Shown: in pieces, positions 26,901 to 37,277 of the stretch | Layout of the letters: each line of letters begins with the position of its first letter | Numbering within the stretch: the stretch's first letter is position 1 | Assembly: GCA_963675595.2 (NCBI GenBank) | Contig: CAXXLZ010000002.1 | Location: 3,008,001 to 3,072,000 of the forward strand | DNA: 64,000 bases | Source: Thermodesulfobacteriota bacterium | Lineage (GTDB): Bacteria > Desulfobacterota > Desulfarculia > JACQYL01 | Reading direction: 5' to 3' | Position numbers and translations under genes: made by a program | Notes under the pieces: generated by a model | The model's input: the letters and a program-made list of their open reading frames with translations, nothing else | Told to the model about the DNA's origin: nothing | The model's database searches: none

Positions 26901-27592
26901 ACAAGCTGTAGGAGGGAGTATTTCATTAAACATAATTTTGGATAGAAAGTTACAGGCCTCACAGACAAGCCGATCAAAATACTCTTTCACTAAACGCTGC
27001 ATGTTTCTTCATGACGTATCGTGCAACAAAACCTAAGAAAACGTTCCAAATCTCCTTATTCAATATCCCAGCACCCTTAATTCCTCCCCAACGGATATTG
27101 TTTGATCGTTGAACTATTTGACGAGCATTCAATCATTATATTTATTGTGGTACAAAATCCATTCCGTTTCCATAAGAAACTTTAAGAAAAAAATTGCTCT
27201 CTTCGTAACAATCCTTGTCCCGATGTCTTCCTCTTTTGTATTATTGGGCGTTTCCATTAAACACTACAATTTCGATCGGTTTTGTCTTTGGATCGTGATC
27301 CATGGTTCGACACACCCCGGCCCGCGCTCGTCGTCGAGATCCGTCGGTATTCCTCTTATGTTGGGTGAAGTGGAAACGTAAGGAAGCCGGACCTCAGGCA
27401 GGTTTGCCACGAGGCGCTTTGCCGGCCGGGGCGCCGCCCCTCATGCGTCGCCGGTGCAAAGCGAAATTCGTAATACAAAACAGACACTTTAGAACTCTCA
27501 CATATTGGAGATTCGCTCATCGCCTTTCCGCAAATCACCAAACCGACGTAAGCACCAACCCCGATCTCCTCTCCCCGCGTCCCCGTTCAAAG

Positions 27593-27879
27593 TCAAACGG
27601 AAAGCAGATCCGGATACAATTTCTTCGCGCAATCCGCACAGATCCCGTGCCTGAATCTGGCCTGCGAGTGATCTTGAATGTATTCTTCCATTGGATGCCA
27701 TTGGCCCTGATCGTCCCTGATTTTCCTGCGGGACGCACAGATGGGCAAGAGGCCTTCCGGTTGCCGGACCCACTTCCCCCCTTTGCCGCCCTATCCGGAA
27801 TCAGCAGACTCACGCCCATGCAGAAGAACACGGGGGCGAAACCGAGAGAAGCCACGTACATTGGAAACAAGGGTTCCAT
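27593..27879 (-). pseudogene. Frameshifted remnant of a small membrane protein with the deltaproteobacterial LLPIC..KIRDD..HGIC..C C-terminal domain
   Basis: Manual translation: WVRQPEGLLPICASRRKIRDDQGQWHPMEEYIQDHSQARFRHGICADCAKKLYPDLLSV*. This frame has an upstream TAG and joins the ATG-27879 hydrophobic frame only via a shift in the G run near 27776-27781. Confidence 0.6.
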
Positions 27880-28123
27880 GTCTTTTGCCCAAAAGGCTCG
27901 CCTGTAAGAATGTTTCGGTGTCTACGAGAAAGAAGAGATCAGGGGGAACGGGTGCTCAGAAGCCTGCATGCAAGGCTCAAATTGTCTGGTCAAGACCACA
28001 TTTCCGGCGGTACCGGGAATGATTGATGAATCTTCGGTCGAACGGATACTCGAAAGAGCAATCAAGACCGTTATTGTTAAGAACCCCCGGGACACCGCCG
28101 TTTTTGTGTCGAAACTCAGGACG

Positions 28124-30301
28124 TCAGTCAATAATCTCCTCGAAATGGCGTCGCGAAAGCTCGACTTTTTCCGTAGGCCCTTCCGGTCCGGCGTCCAGGT
28201 ATTCCCGGAGCCGATTCATGGTTGCGCGCCGGCAAGCCGCCTGAATTCGAGCCCCGCTCCATCCGACGCTCTTTTTCGCCAGCCATTTCAAATCCACGTC
28301 CTCGGCCGTGGAAAACCGCTTCAAATGGATTCGAAAAATCTCTTCCCGTTCGGCCTCGTCCGGGAGCGTCAACGTTACTTGAAGCTCGAACCTGCCGGGG
28401 CGCATAAGAGAGAGGTCCAGGGTTTCCGGTTGTGACGTGGCTCCAAGAATGATCACGCCACGCAGTTTCTCGATGCCGTCCATTTCGGTGAGAAACTGGC
28501 TGACCATGCGACCGACCACCCTTCCACCTCCGGTGTCCAAACCGCGAAATCCCGCAAAAGAATCGATCTCATCGAAAAACAACACGCAAGGGGCGGCCAG
28601 TCGGGCCTTACGAAAAACCTCCCGAACCCGTTCCTCACTTTCCCCCACGTACTTGCTCAATAGCTCGGGACCCTTGACGGAGATGAAATTCAACCCGCTT
28701 TCCCTACCCACCGCCTGGGCAATCAAGGTCTTACCTGTTCCGGAAGGACCCGTAATCAGGATCCCTTGCGGCGGATCGACACCCAATTCCTCAAAGCGCT
28801 CCGGAAATCTCATGGGCCATTCAATGGCCTCTCTGAGCACCTGCTTGGCATGGGCGCATCCACCCACCTGATCCCAACCCACATCCGGAAGCTCCACACG
28901 GACCTCTCGGATGGCCGAGGGTTCGACTTCTTTGAACGCATGGTCAAAGTCGTCAATCTCCACAAACATGCTCTCAAGGAATTCCGGTGACACCTCGCGC
29001 CCCGAGTTCAGCTCAGGCAGCACGCGACGCAGCGCGTGGATGGCGGCTTCCTGGCAGAAAGCCTTGAGGTCCGCACCCACAAACCCGTGGGTCCGGGAAG
29101 CCCAGGATTCGAGGTCCACTTCCGGCTTCAAGGGCATCTTACGGCTGTGAATCTTAAGAATTTCCAGTCTTCCTCTCTCATCCGGCACGCCCACGGAAAT
29201 TTCACGATCGAATCTGCCGGGGCGGCGCAACGCGGGGTCCAGCGCATTCGGAATATTCGTGGCTCCGATGACAACCACCTGACCCCTGGATTCCAGACCA
29301 TCCATCAGAGCCAACAATTGAGCCACAACCCGCTTCTCGACTTCACCTTCCGTCTTTTCACGTTTGGGCGCTATGGCATCGATTTCATCCAAAAAGATGA
29401 TTGCGGGCGCATTCTCTTGCGCCTTTTCAAAAATTCCACGAATCTTCTCTTCGCTCTCGCCATAATGGCGTTGCATAATTTCCGGGCCGTTCACATGGTA
29501 GAAGTCGGCATGGGTTTCCTGAGCAACGGCCCTGGCGATGAGTGTCTTTCCCGATCCCGGCGGTCCGTGGAGCAGAATACCTTTGGGCGCATCCACACCC
29601 AACCGTTCAAAAAGCTGGGGAAACCTCAACGGAAGTTCCACCACCTCTTTGATTCGCTCGATCTCCCGGTCCAGTCCGCCGATATCTCCATAACCCAAAA
29701 CACCGGTTTTGCCTTCGTCCGCGTCTCCGGTTTCGAGATCGATCACAGTTTCTTCGTTGATGTGCACGGCGCCGCCGGGGACCGTGGAAGCCACCAAAAA
29801 GGCCTCTCTGCGTGTACTCGAGACCTCCAAAGGAATGGTGTTTCCTTCTAAAACGACAAACCCTTTGAGACGGTCGAGCAAAGCCCGCTTGCGATCCGGT
29901 TTCAACAGGATCGCTTTGGGGGGACGCAAAGTCACTGATTGAGCGGCCTCCGGCTCCACGGGCCACAAGGTGACCTTCTGAAATATGGCCGTTCCCGCGT
30001 TTTTCAGGGACAAAGCGTCCAGATGCACCACGGCCTCCGCCCCTCGCACCGGAAGGACCGGTCCGACCGGCACCAGGGCCTTTCCCTCTCCCCCGACCAT
30101 GACGAAATCCCCTTCCTTTACACGAAGAAATTCCAGGTTGCAGGGAGCCATCCGCGCCATGAAGCGGTCTCCGTCTTCCACAAGGGAACGGGCCACGTGA
30201 AGGGATAAATGATGCTCTCCACAGGACTGTTCGCGGCAGTCCTTACATGCGTGATGGTAGGGGTCATGGGCGTGACCGTGATGTGGGCAATCGTGTTCCA
30301 T
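28124..30301 (-). CDS. CDC48/VCP-family double-ring AAA+ ATPase with His/Cys-rich N-terminal leader
   Basis: N domain; D1 [25 protein letters not shown]; D2 [19 protein letters not shown]; ATG 30301 after GAGGA. Confidence 0.9.
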   Translation of the reverse strand: MEHDCPHHGHAHDPYHHACKDCREQSCGEHHLSLHVARSLVEDGDRFMARMAPCNLEFLRVKEGDFVMVGGEGKALVPVGPVLPVRGAEAVVHLDALSLKNAGTAIFQKVTLWPVEPEAAQSVTLRPPKAILLKPDRKRALLDRLKGFVVLEGNTIPLEVSSTRREAFLVASTVPGGAVHINEETVIDLETGDADEGKTGVLGYGDIGGLDREIERIKEVVELPLRFPQLFERLGVDAPKGILLHGPPGSGKTLIARAVAQETHADFYHVNGPEIMQRHYGESEEKIRGIFEKAQENAPAIIFLDEIDAIAPKREKTEGEVEKRVVAQLLALMDGLESRGQVVVIGATNIPNALDPALRRPGRFDREISVGVPDERGRLEILKIHSRKMPLKPEVDLESWASRTHGFVGADLKAFCQEAAIHALRRVLPELNSGREVSPEFLESMFVEIDDFDHAFKEVEPSAIREVRVELPDVGWDQVGGCAHAKQVLREAIEWPMRFPERFEELGVDPPQGILITGPSGTGKTLIAQAVGRESGLNFISVKGPELLSKYVGESEERVREVFRKARLAAPCVLFFDEIDSFAGFRGLDTGGGRVVGRMVSQFLTEMDGIEKLRGVIILGATSQPETLDLSLMRPGRFELQVTLTLPDEAEREEIFRIHLKRFSTAEDVDLKWLAKKSVGWSGARIQAACRRATMNRLREYLDAGPEGPTEKVELSRRHFEEIID

Positions 30302-30455
30302 GGGTGTCCTCTTTCCGAAATTACCTGCAGGGACGAAAATCGCCCCATTTTTTTCCCGCATCGGTAATACGCATTGGAGGCGGACGGTTCCGACGGCTCA
30401 ACCCGGATGGAAACCAACCAGGGGCCGAGGTCCGAATTCGAACTCCGTCCCTCCT

Positions 30456-31655
30456 TTACGAAGAAAAAAACCCGGAGAATCTTTTATTCTCCAAGAGTCT
30501 TTTCCAAAGATGAAGCATCCTATCCACCCAGTCGAACCGGGTCTCGCGAGCCGTCTGGAGAAATAAGTACACTCCGAGGGTGCCGAAAAGCACGTTGGGA
30601 GCCCAAGCCCCCGGGGCCACCGGGACCAGGCCGCTTTCGCCCAGACTTTTTGTGGCACTATACAAAATAAAGTAAACAAAGAAGATCACCAGCGCAATGA
30701 CCATACCCCATGATTTTCTGCCACCGGAGAATTGCACACCCAGGCTGACCCCCAAAATGGACATGACCAGGCAAGCCACGGGAAGGGCGAAACGGTGATG
30801 ATACTCGAGCAGGGCCATCTGATGTCTTTCCGTCCCGGGTTCCCCATTGCGGATGACTTCGTTGAGTTGGCCCATGGTCATCTCAAACGGGTCGAGCGCC
30901 TCGGTGTCGCGTCTTCCAACCTTTGAGAGGTCCCAGAAATCCTCCAACGGAAGGTTCAGATCATAGCGGCGAAAGGAAACCGTCTGGGCGGAATCGAACC
31001 CCCCTTCCACCCGGCTGATAACGCCGTCCATAAGGCGAAAGGAAATCGATTTCCCGTCCGAGCTCGGAACGATATGCCCTTTCTCGGCCACGATGGTGTT
31101 TCGTACGCGAGGGTCCCGCTCGTCCGAGATTACGATTTCTTCCATGTACTTATTTTTCGGGGTGTATTTCCCCATATAGACCACGGCCTTACCGGCAACG
31201 TCGTTGAAGATTCCTTCTTTGAGCACCACGTCGGCGTGGGCCTTCACAATCTTCTGAATCGTCTGCTTGGTGGACCAGATTCCCCACGGCAGCGCGTGAA
31301 TACAGAGAAACATGGTGATCGCGTAGCTTAACACCGCCAGCAGCGCCACCGGGCGCATCATATGATAAAGGCTCACTCCGGCGGTCTTCATCGCAGTGAT
31401 TTCATTATCCGCAGAAAGGCGATGAAAAGCGAGGAGCACCGCCATGAGCGTCGCCATGGGAACGATGAACACCAGAAAGCTCGGCAGGATCGCGGCCACA
31501 AGCCACAGAATGTCCATGACGGACACGCCTCTGCTCACGATGAGTTTGGTAAGCAGGGTCATTTTCCCCAAAATGAGCACCGTGCTGAACACGAGGATGC
31601 TCACCAGAAAGGGAGGAACCATTTCCATGAAGATGTATTTATCGAGTCGTTTCAT
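30456..31655 (-). CDS. lptF: LPS export ABC transporter permease LptF/LptG family
   Basis: MKRLDKYIF.E, RLSADNEITAMKTAGVS, HHRFALPVACL, GAWAPN. Confidence 0.85.
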   Translation of the reverse strand: MKRLDKYIFMEMVPPFLVSILVFSTVLILGKMTLLTKLIVSRGVSVMDILWLVAAILPSFLVFIVPMATLMAVLLAFHRLSADNEITAMKTAGVSLYHMMRPVALLAVLSYAITMFLCIHALPWGIWSTKQTIQKIVKAHADVVLKEGIFNDVAGKAVVYMGKYTPKNKYMEEIVISDERDPRVRNTIVAEKGHIVPSSDGKSISFRLMDGVISRVEGGFDSAQTVSFRRYDLNLPLEDFWDLSKVGRRDTEALDPFEMTMGQLNEVIRNGEPGTERHQMALLEYHHRFALPVACLVMSILGVSLGVQFSGGRKSWGMVIALVIFFVYFILYSATKSLGESGLVPVAPGAWAPNVLFGTLGVYLFLQTARETRFDWVDRMLHLWKRLLENKRFSGFFSS

Positions 31656-31659
31656 TATC

Positions 31660-32670
31660 TCAGCAGATTCTGGGCCACGCTTCACCCGTCGGCATATCCA
31701 ACAGGCGCGTTCCTCCGATGGCGGTTCGCATCACCACCCGGCCCGAGTGTGACGGCACCGCTCGCCCGATGCAACGAGCCTCGGCCCCGTCGGGGTGTCT
31801 CTTCATTGTTTCGAGAACGGCGTCGGCGTCCTCTCGTTTAACCATTACCAGCATCTTGCCTTCGTTGGCCAAGACCAAAGGGTCCAAACCCAACAGGTCA
31901 CACGCGGTCCGCACTTCGGTCCTGCAAGGCACGCTGCTCTCGTCGATCTCAATCCCCACCTCGGATTGAAATGCGATCTCATTCAGCGCGGCCGCCAGTC
32001 CTCCACGGGTGGGATCCCTCAGAGCGTGAATTTCCGCTCCGCTTTGCAGCATGGCCTTGGTCAATCCCCATAGAGGACGAGCGTCGCTTCGAACGGGAGT
32101 ATGCAAAGACAGCGCGGCTCGCGCAGCCAGAATCGCCACTCCGTGGTCTCCCACGGTTCCCGAGATCAAAACCCGGTCTCCCGGCAGGACGTGTCGACCA
32201 CCGATGGGGTTGCGGGAGATCACCGCACCCACACCGGTGGTATTGATGAACACCCCGTCGGCCTTTCCTCGGGGGACGACCTTGGTGTCTCCCGCCACGA
32301 TACGGACGCCCGCTTCACGCGCCGTTTCGACCATTGAGGAAACAATGTCTTCCAAGTCCCGGAGGGAAAAGCCCTCTTCCAGAATAAAGGCGGCGGTCAG
32401 ACACAAAGGTTCGGCTCCGCTGGCGGCGAGATCGTTGACCGTACCGCACACGGCCAGGTGGCCGATATCCCCGCCGGGGAAAAACAGAGGATCCACCACA
32501 AAGGAGTCCGTGGTCGTCACTAGATTCGTCCCCGGGGCCTGGAACGGAGCTCCGTCGTCCAGGTCCCTCAGACTTTTTCCTTCAAGGAGCCTGAGAAAAA
32601 CTTTTCGCACCAGATCCTGACTAAGCTTTCCTCCGCTTCCATGATCGAGAAGCACTACGTCATTATCCAA
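31660..32670 (-). CDS. hypE: Hydrogenase maturation carbamoyl dehydratase HypE
   Basis: HGSGG, TTDSFVVDPLFFPGGDIG, DPTRGG, C-terminal PRIC. Confidence 0.95.
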   Translation of the reverse strand: MDNDVVLLDHGSGGKLSQDLVRKVFLRLLEGKSLRDLDDGAPFQAPGTNLVTTTDSFVVDPLFFPGGDIGHLAVCGTVNDLAASGAEPLCLTAAFILEEGFSLRDLEDIVSSMVETAREAGVRIVAGDTKVVPRGKADGVFINTTGVGAVISRNPIGGRHVLPGDRVLISGTVGDHGVAILAARAALSLHTPVRSDARPLWGLTKAMLQSGAEIHALRDPTRGGLAAALNEIAFQSEVGIEIDESSVPCRTEVRTACDLLGLDPLVLANEGKMLVMVKREDADAVLETMKRHPDGAEARCIGRAVPSHSGRVVMRTAIGGTRLLDMPTGEAWPRIC

Positions 32671-32682
32671 CAGGCTCTCCGC

Positions 32683-33789
32683 TTATCCGACGGTTTCTTC
32701 CGTGCCGTCCCCATGATATCGGAAATACGCGGCACAGGTCCCTTCTCCGGACACCATGCACGGTCCCACGGGATTCACGGGGGTGCAACTTTTTCGGAAC
32801 AAAGGACATTCCGGCGGGGTCTTCATACCCCGAATCACCTCACCACAGGCGCATCCTTTGGGTTCGACGGCCTCTTCGACTTGAATCTTCAGCACCTCCA
32901 ACGCGTTCCGGTCACGGAAAGGCTCACAAAACCCGAGCCCGCCGGACGTTATGGTGCCCAATCCTCTCCAACAAGCGTCTTCCGGGCGAAACACGGATCG
33001 CATCATTTCCAGGGCGCCGGGATTCCCGTGAGGCGCAACGCCCCTTGAGTAGCAGTTCTCAACCCCCCCGGTCTCGCCGTCGATTCGGAGGAGCAAGCGG
33101 TATACGGCGTGAAGCAGGTCCACGGGTTCGAAACCGGCTATGACGCACGGGACCCCGTATTGCCGTGAAATGCTTCGGTAAGGCGCTTCCCCGATGATCG
33201 TGCTCACGTGACCGGGGCACAAGAACCCGTCAATCCCCAATTCTCCTTGGGACAAGAGCGCATCCATCGCGGGTGGAAGCAGCTTGTGCATGGACAAAAC
33301 CATGAAGTTGTCCAGACCCTCTCTTCGCGCCGTGAGCAGAGCCGCCGCCACCGTGGGCGCAGTGGTTTCGAAGCCGACCCCTAAAAATACCACCTTTCGC
33401 GACGGATGGCTCCGCGCGTGCTCCACGGCTTCCAGCGGACCGTAAACCACCCTGACGTCCGCACCCCGGGCCTTTTCTCCTGAAAGGGTGGATCGAGTGC
33501 CCGGCACGCGCATGAGGTCGCCGAAAGTCGCCGTGATGATTCCTGGAATCCCGGCCACCTCCACACAGCGGTCGATGTCTTGTTGCGACGTCACGCATAC
33601 GGGGCATCCGGGGCCGGAAATCAGGGAAATCCGATCGGGCAGCAGACTTCGAATCCCGTGACGAAAGACGGCCATGGTATGGGTGCCGCAGATTTCCATG
33701 ATCCGCACCGGGCGTCCACGCAAGGCGCGTATTTTCTCTACCAGGCGCCGAGCCGCAGCCGGGTCGCGATACTCATCCACGTGTTTCAC
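32683..33789 (-). CDS. hypD: Hydrogenase maturation protein HypD
   Basis: MEICGTHT, GPGCPVC, PGHVS, C-terminal Fe-S Cys cluster and CMVSGEGTCAAY. Confidence 0.95.
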   Translation of the reverse strand: MKHVDEYRDPAAARRLVEKIRALRGRPVRIMEICGTHTMAVFRHGIRSLLPDRISLISGPGCPVCVTSQQDIDRCVEVAGIPGIITATFGDLMRVPGTRSTLSGEKARGADVRVVYGPLEAVEHARSHPSRKVVFLGVGFETTAPTVAAALLTARREGLDNFMVLSMHKLLPPAMDALLSQGELGIDGFLCPGHVSTIIGEAPYRSISRQYGVPCVIAGFEPVDLLHAVYRLLLRIDGETGGVENCYSRGVAPHGNPGALEMMRSVFRPEDACWRGLGTITSGGLGFCEPFRDRNALEVLKIQVEEAVEPKGCACGEVIRGMKTPPECPLFRKSCTPVNPVGPCMVSGEGTCAAYFRYHGDGTEETVG

Positions 33790-36098
33790 GGCGCTTCGTC
33801 CTCCTCCGGATACCCGGCCGAGGAACGAGCGTGCGCCACCACCGCTTGTCCCAGGGCGATACAGGCATCGTTGGTGGGAAGCTTTTCATGGGCAAGGGCC
33901 TGAAAACCCTCTTCCTTCAAAAGGGAAAGAGCGTGTTCCAACAAAATCCGATTCTGGAAAACACCGCCGCTCAACGCCACCCGTCCCACGCCGGTCTCCT
34001 CCCGAACCCAAAGACAGACTCGCACCCAGGACCTGACCAGCACCTCATGAAATCTCCCCGCAATAACGGAAAGATCCTCGCCGGAAATCAAATCCCGCAC
34101 CATGCATCTGAACCACGGCTCCGGCCGGATCAACAACATCTCTCCTTCTCGCTCCAGAGTCACGGGATATCGACCGGACACGGGAAAAGCGGCAACATAT
34201 TCAAGGTCCATGGCGGCCTGCCCCTCGAAGGAGACGGTGTCCCTGACGCCCAACAGGGCCGAGGCCGCGTCGAACAATCGCCCGCAACTCGAGGTGAGAG
34301 GAGAGTTGACGTCCTTTTCCATCATCTCAGTGAGAATCCTCCTTCGGTCTTCTCCCACTCGGGACCAAAGGTCGAGCTTGAGTCCCTCCATGCCCGCACC
34401 GAAGGCGCGATAAAGAAGACTCACGGCCATGCGCCACGGTTCCCGGACGGCGGCCTCCCCGCCCGGCATGGGAACGTATGCGAAGTGTCCCATCCTGCGA
34501 TAGGAGGACGTATCCGCCAACAGAATCTCCCCGCCCCACACGCAACCGTCTTCGCCGTATCCGGTTCCGTCCATGGCCAGCCCGATTACCGGACCCGCCA
34601 CACCGTGTTCGGCCATGCAGGAAACCACATGGGCATGATGGTGTTGAACGGCCGTGCATTTTTCGTACAGAGCCTTCAATTCTCCGGCCAAACCCGTGGT
34701 GAGGTATCCGGGGTGCAGGTCATGGGCGAGTACCGTAGGATTCAAGTCAAGGACGCCACAGAGATTGTCCACTGTGGCCTTGAGGAAATCCAGGGCTTCA
34801 ACGTTGGCCGCATCTCCTACATGGCCGCTGATGAATGCTTGACGTCCCCGAGTGATGCACACGGTGTTCTTCAGATCGGCGCCCAACGCCAGCACTTCCC
34901 CGGCATCCCAAGCCAGCGGCAGGGGTAACGGAACGTAACCCCGGGATCTCCTCAGGAAACGAGGCGCCCCGGCCGCTACCTGAAGCACGGAATCATCGCA
35001 GGCCGTGTGAATGTCCCGATCATGCATTACGAAAGCGTCGGTGATGGGGCCGAGTTTGACAAGGGCCCGCCGATTGTCCGTTACGATGGGCTCCTCGCTC
35101 AAATTTCCGCTGGTCATGACCAGGGGCCCGCCGAACGCCTTCAGAAGGAGGTGGTGCAAGGGAGTGTAGGGCAGCAGAACACCGATGCGGGAATTTCGAG
35201 GAGCAATATTCTCCGGCAGAGGACCATCCGGTTTTCTTTTCAGCGTCACAATGGGGCGGGCGGGCGACTGGAGAAGCTCGGCCTCCTCATGGGAAATCTC
35301 GGCCAGGTGCACGGCCCGCTCCAGGTTTTCCACCATCACCGCCACGGGCTTCTCGTATCTGTGCTTTCGACGCCGGAGTCGCTCCACAGCGGCAGGGTCC
35401 GACGCGTCAACAGCCAGATGAAAACCGCCCAGGCCCTTGACGGCCACAATCATCCCTTTTTTCAGCAACTCCGACGCATCCCGAATCGGGTCCTCCGCCG
35501 GCACACACTCCCCGTTCGAATCGTATAACGTCACCTTGGGACCGCATCGCCGACAAGCGTTGGGCTGCGCGTGAAACCTCCGGTCCGCCGGGTCGGAATA
35601 CTCCCTTTCGCATTCCGGACACATGGGAAAGGACGCCATGGTCGTATTGGGGCGATCGTAGGGGATCGCCCGGGTTATGGTGAACCTCGGTCCACAATTG
35701 GTGCAATTAATGAAGGGATACTCATACCGTCGATCCCGAGGGTCCTCGAGTTCGTCCAGACAATCCGCACAGATGCAGACATCCGGCGAAACGAGCGTTC
35801 CGGCGGAAGGTGCCGGCCTGCTCTCCAAAATGGAAAAAGGTTCTAAGACCTTGAACGGAACCTCTTCCACATGAAAAGCGGTAATGCGGGAAAGGCTCGG
35901 AGGCGTGTCCCGGATTTCCGACACAAAAAGGGTCAAGGCGTCTCCGTCCCCGGCGGCTTCCACTTCCACGCCTTCCGCCGTATTGAGGACGGATCCGCGT
36001 AGGTTCAGACGGCCGGCGGACCGGTAGACAAAAGGCCTGAATCCCACTCCCTGAACAACGCCGGAGATACGAATCCTCACCCTTTTGGGCGTGCTCAA
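33786..36098 (-). CDS. hypF: Carbamoyltransferase HypF
   Basis: GVVQGVGFRPF acylphosphatase domain, two CxxC-x18-CxxC fingers, KGLGGFHL, QHHHAH, DGTGYG. Confidence 0.95.
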   Translation of the reverse strand: MSTPKRVRIRISGVVQGVGFRPFVYRSAGRLNLRGSVLNTAEGVEVEAAGDGDALTLFVSEIRDTPPSLSRITAFHVEEVPFKVLEPFSILESRPAPSAGTLVSPDVCICADCLDELEDPRDRRYEYPFINCTNCGPRFTITRAIPYDRPNTTMASFPMCPECEREYSDPADRRFHAQPNACRRCGPKVTLYDSNGECVPAEDPIRDASELLKKGMIVAVKGLGGFHLAVDASDPAAVERLRRRKHRYEKPVAVMVENLERAVHLAEISHEEAELLQSPARPIVTLKRKPDGPLPENIAPRNSRIGVLLPYTPLHHLLLKAFGGPLVMTSGNLSEEPIVTDNRRALVKLGPITDAFVMHDRDIHTACDDSVLQVAAGAPRFLRRSRGYVPLPLPLAWDAGEVLALGADLKNTVCITRGRQAFISGHVGDAANVEALDFLKATVDNLCGVLDLNPTVLAHDLHPGYLTTGLAGELKALYEKCTAVQHHHAHVVSCMAEHGVAGPVIGLAMDGTGYGEDGCVWGGEILLADTSSYRRMGHFAYVPMPGGEAAVREPWRMAVSLLYRAFGAGMEGLKLDLWSRVGEDRRRILTEMMEKDVNSPLTSSCGRLFDAASALLGVRDTVSFEGQAAMDLEYVAAFPVSGRYPVTLEREGEMLLIRPEPWFRCMVRDLISGEDLSVIAGRFHEVLVRSWVRVCLWVREETGVGRVALSGGVFQNRILLEHALSLLKEEGFQALAHEKLPTNDACIALGQAVVAHARSSAGYPEEDEAP

Positions 36099-36757
36099 TC
36101 ACCCCTCCGGAGCCGGGAAAGGCGCTCCTCAAGCCACTCGATCCACGTCTCGAGTCCTTCACCCGTGGAGGCGGAAACCTCCAGAATGCGAAGATCGGGA
36201 TTCACCTGTCGAGACGTTTCTCGAATGACCTCGACGTCGCATTTTATGTAGGGCAGCAAATCAATCTTGTTCACAAGCAAGACATCGGCGATCCGGAACA
36301 CGGTGGGATATTTCGCCGGCTTGTCGTCACCCTCCGTCACACTCAGAATGACGACTTTCGCATGCTCGCCGAGCTCGAATTCCGCCGGGCACACCAAGTT
36401 ACCCACGTTTTCGATCACCAGGAGGTCCAGACCTTCCAGGTCCATCTTGTCGAGAGCCGCCCGGACCATGTTGCCGTCCAGGTGACATCCTCCCTCCGTA
36501 TTGATCTGTACCGCCTGAACTCCATGACGGGCGATGCGTTCGGCGTCGGCGGTGGTCTGAAGGTCCCCTTCGACGACCCCCACCCTCCAACGATCCTTGA
36601 GTCGGTCAATGGTTTTCTCGAGAAGCGTGGTCTTCCCCGCACCCGGAGAACTCATCATATTCAACACCAATATTCGCTTCTCGTCGAACAGCCGGCGATT
36701 CTCTTCGGCGATCCTTTCATTTACTTCCAGCACTTTTCTGACGATGGGAATATTCAG
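36095..36757 (-). CDS. hypB: Hydrogenase nickel-incorporation GTPase HypB (probable CTG start)
   Basis: SSPGAGKTT, GCH, ENVGNLVCP, NKIDL; AAAGGAG-N6-CTG AAT ATT CCC gives a typical (M)NIPIVRKVLEVN N-terminus. Confidence 0.9.
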   Translation of the reverse strand: MNIPIVRKVLEVNERIAEENRRLFDEKRILVLNMMSSPGAGKTTLLEKTIDRLKDRWRVGVVEGDLQTTADAERIARHGVQAVQINTEGGCHLDGNMVRAALDKMDLEGLDLLVIENVGNLVCPAEFELGEHAKVVILSVTEGDDKPAKYPTVFRIADVLLVNKIDLLPYIKCDVEVIRETSRQVNPDLRILEVSASTGEGLETWIEWLEERLSRLRRGD

Positions 36758-36905
36758 GGGTTTCTCCTTTCCTTTCAAGGAATGGCGGCCCACTTGACCC
36801 GCACACCGATTCTCGGCAGGAAACCCATCGCACGCCCGACCCGTTTCACGCGGCGGGCGCCTCTCACACGGTGCGGGGTTTAGGGGACGAGCCCTTTCCG
36901 GGCGT

Positions 36906-37277
36906 TCATGGTTGTTCGTAACTGCGACCGGGTTCTTCGGCCGCTGTGAGTTCGTGAATGTAAAATTCTCTGCCTGAAAGCAGCTCCAGGTTCGCGCCTC
37001 CACAGGCCGTACACACGTAGCGATGTTCGTGCACTTCGAAAAGTTCTCCGCAATCTTCGCACCGGGCCCGGACCTGAATGGTTTCCATCTCGAGAACCGA
37101 ACCCTCGGCGGGAGTTCCTTCGGTAACCATCTTCCAACAGAAACTGAGAGCTTCCGGCACCACGGCGGTCAGCACTCCGACTTTTAGGGCCACGGCCTCG
37201 ATTCGACGCACCTCGTGAGCGGCCATTTCCTCCAAAACAATGTCCAGAATGCTTTGAGCCAATGATAATTCATGCAT
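36906..37277 (-). CDS. hypA: Hydrogenase maturation nickel metallochaperone HypA
   Basis: N-terminal MHELS, two CxxC pairs (CEDC, CTAC), SGREF. Confidence 0.95.
   Translation of the reverse strand: MHELSLAQSILDIVLEEMAAHEVRRIEAVALKVGVLTAVVPEALSFCWKMVTEGTPAEGSVLEMETIQVRARCEDCGELFEVHEHRYVCTACGGANLELLSGREFYIHELTAAEEPGRSYEQP

Noticed and set aside
28124-30301. Cdc48 as part of a gas-vesicle or proteasome locus
   Set aside because: No gvp, proteasome or ubiquitin-like genes in the window and no HbYX tail.
36780-36900. NiCo or other known riboswitch between hypA and hypB
   Set aside because: Hairpins are present but the conserved NiCo junction sequences are not recognisable.
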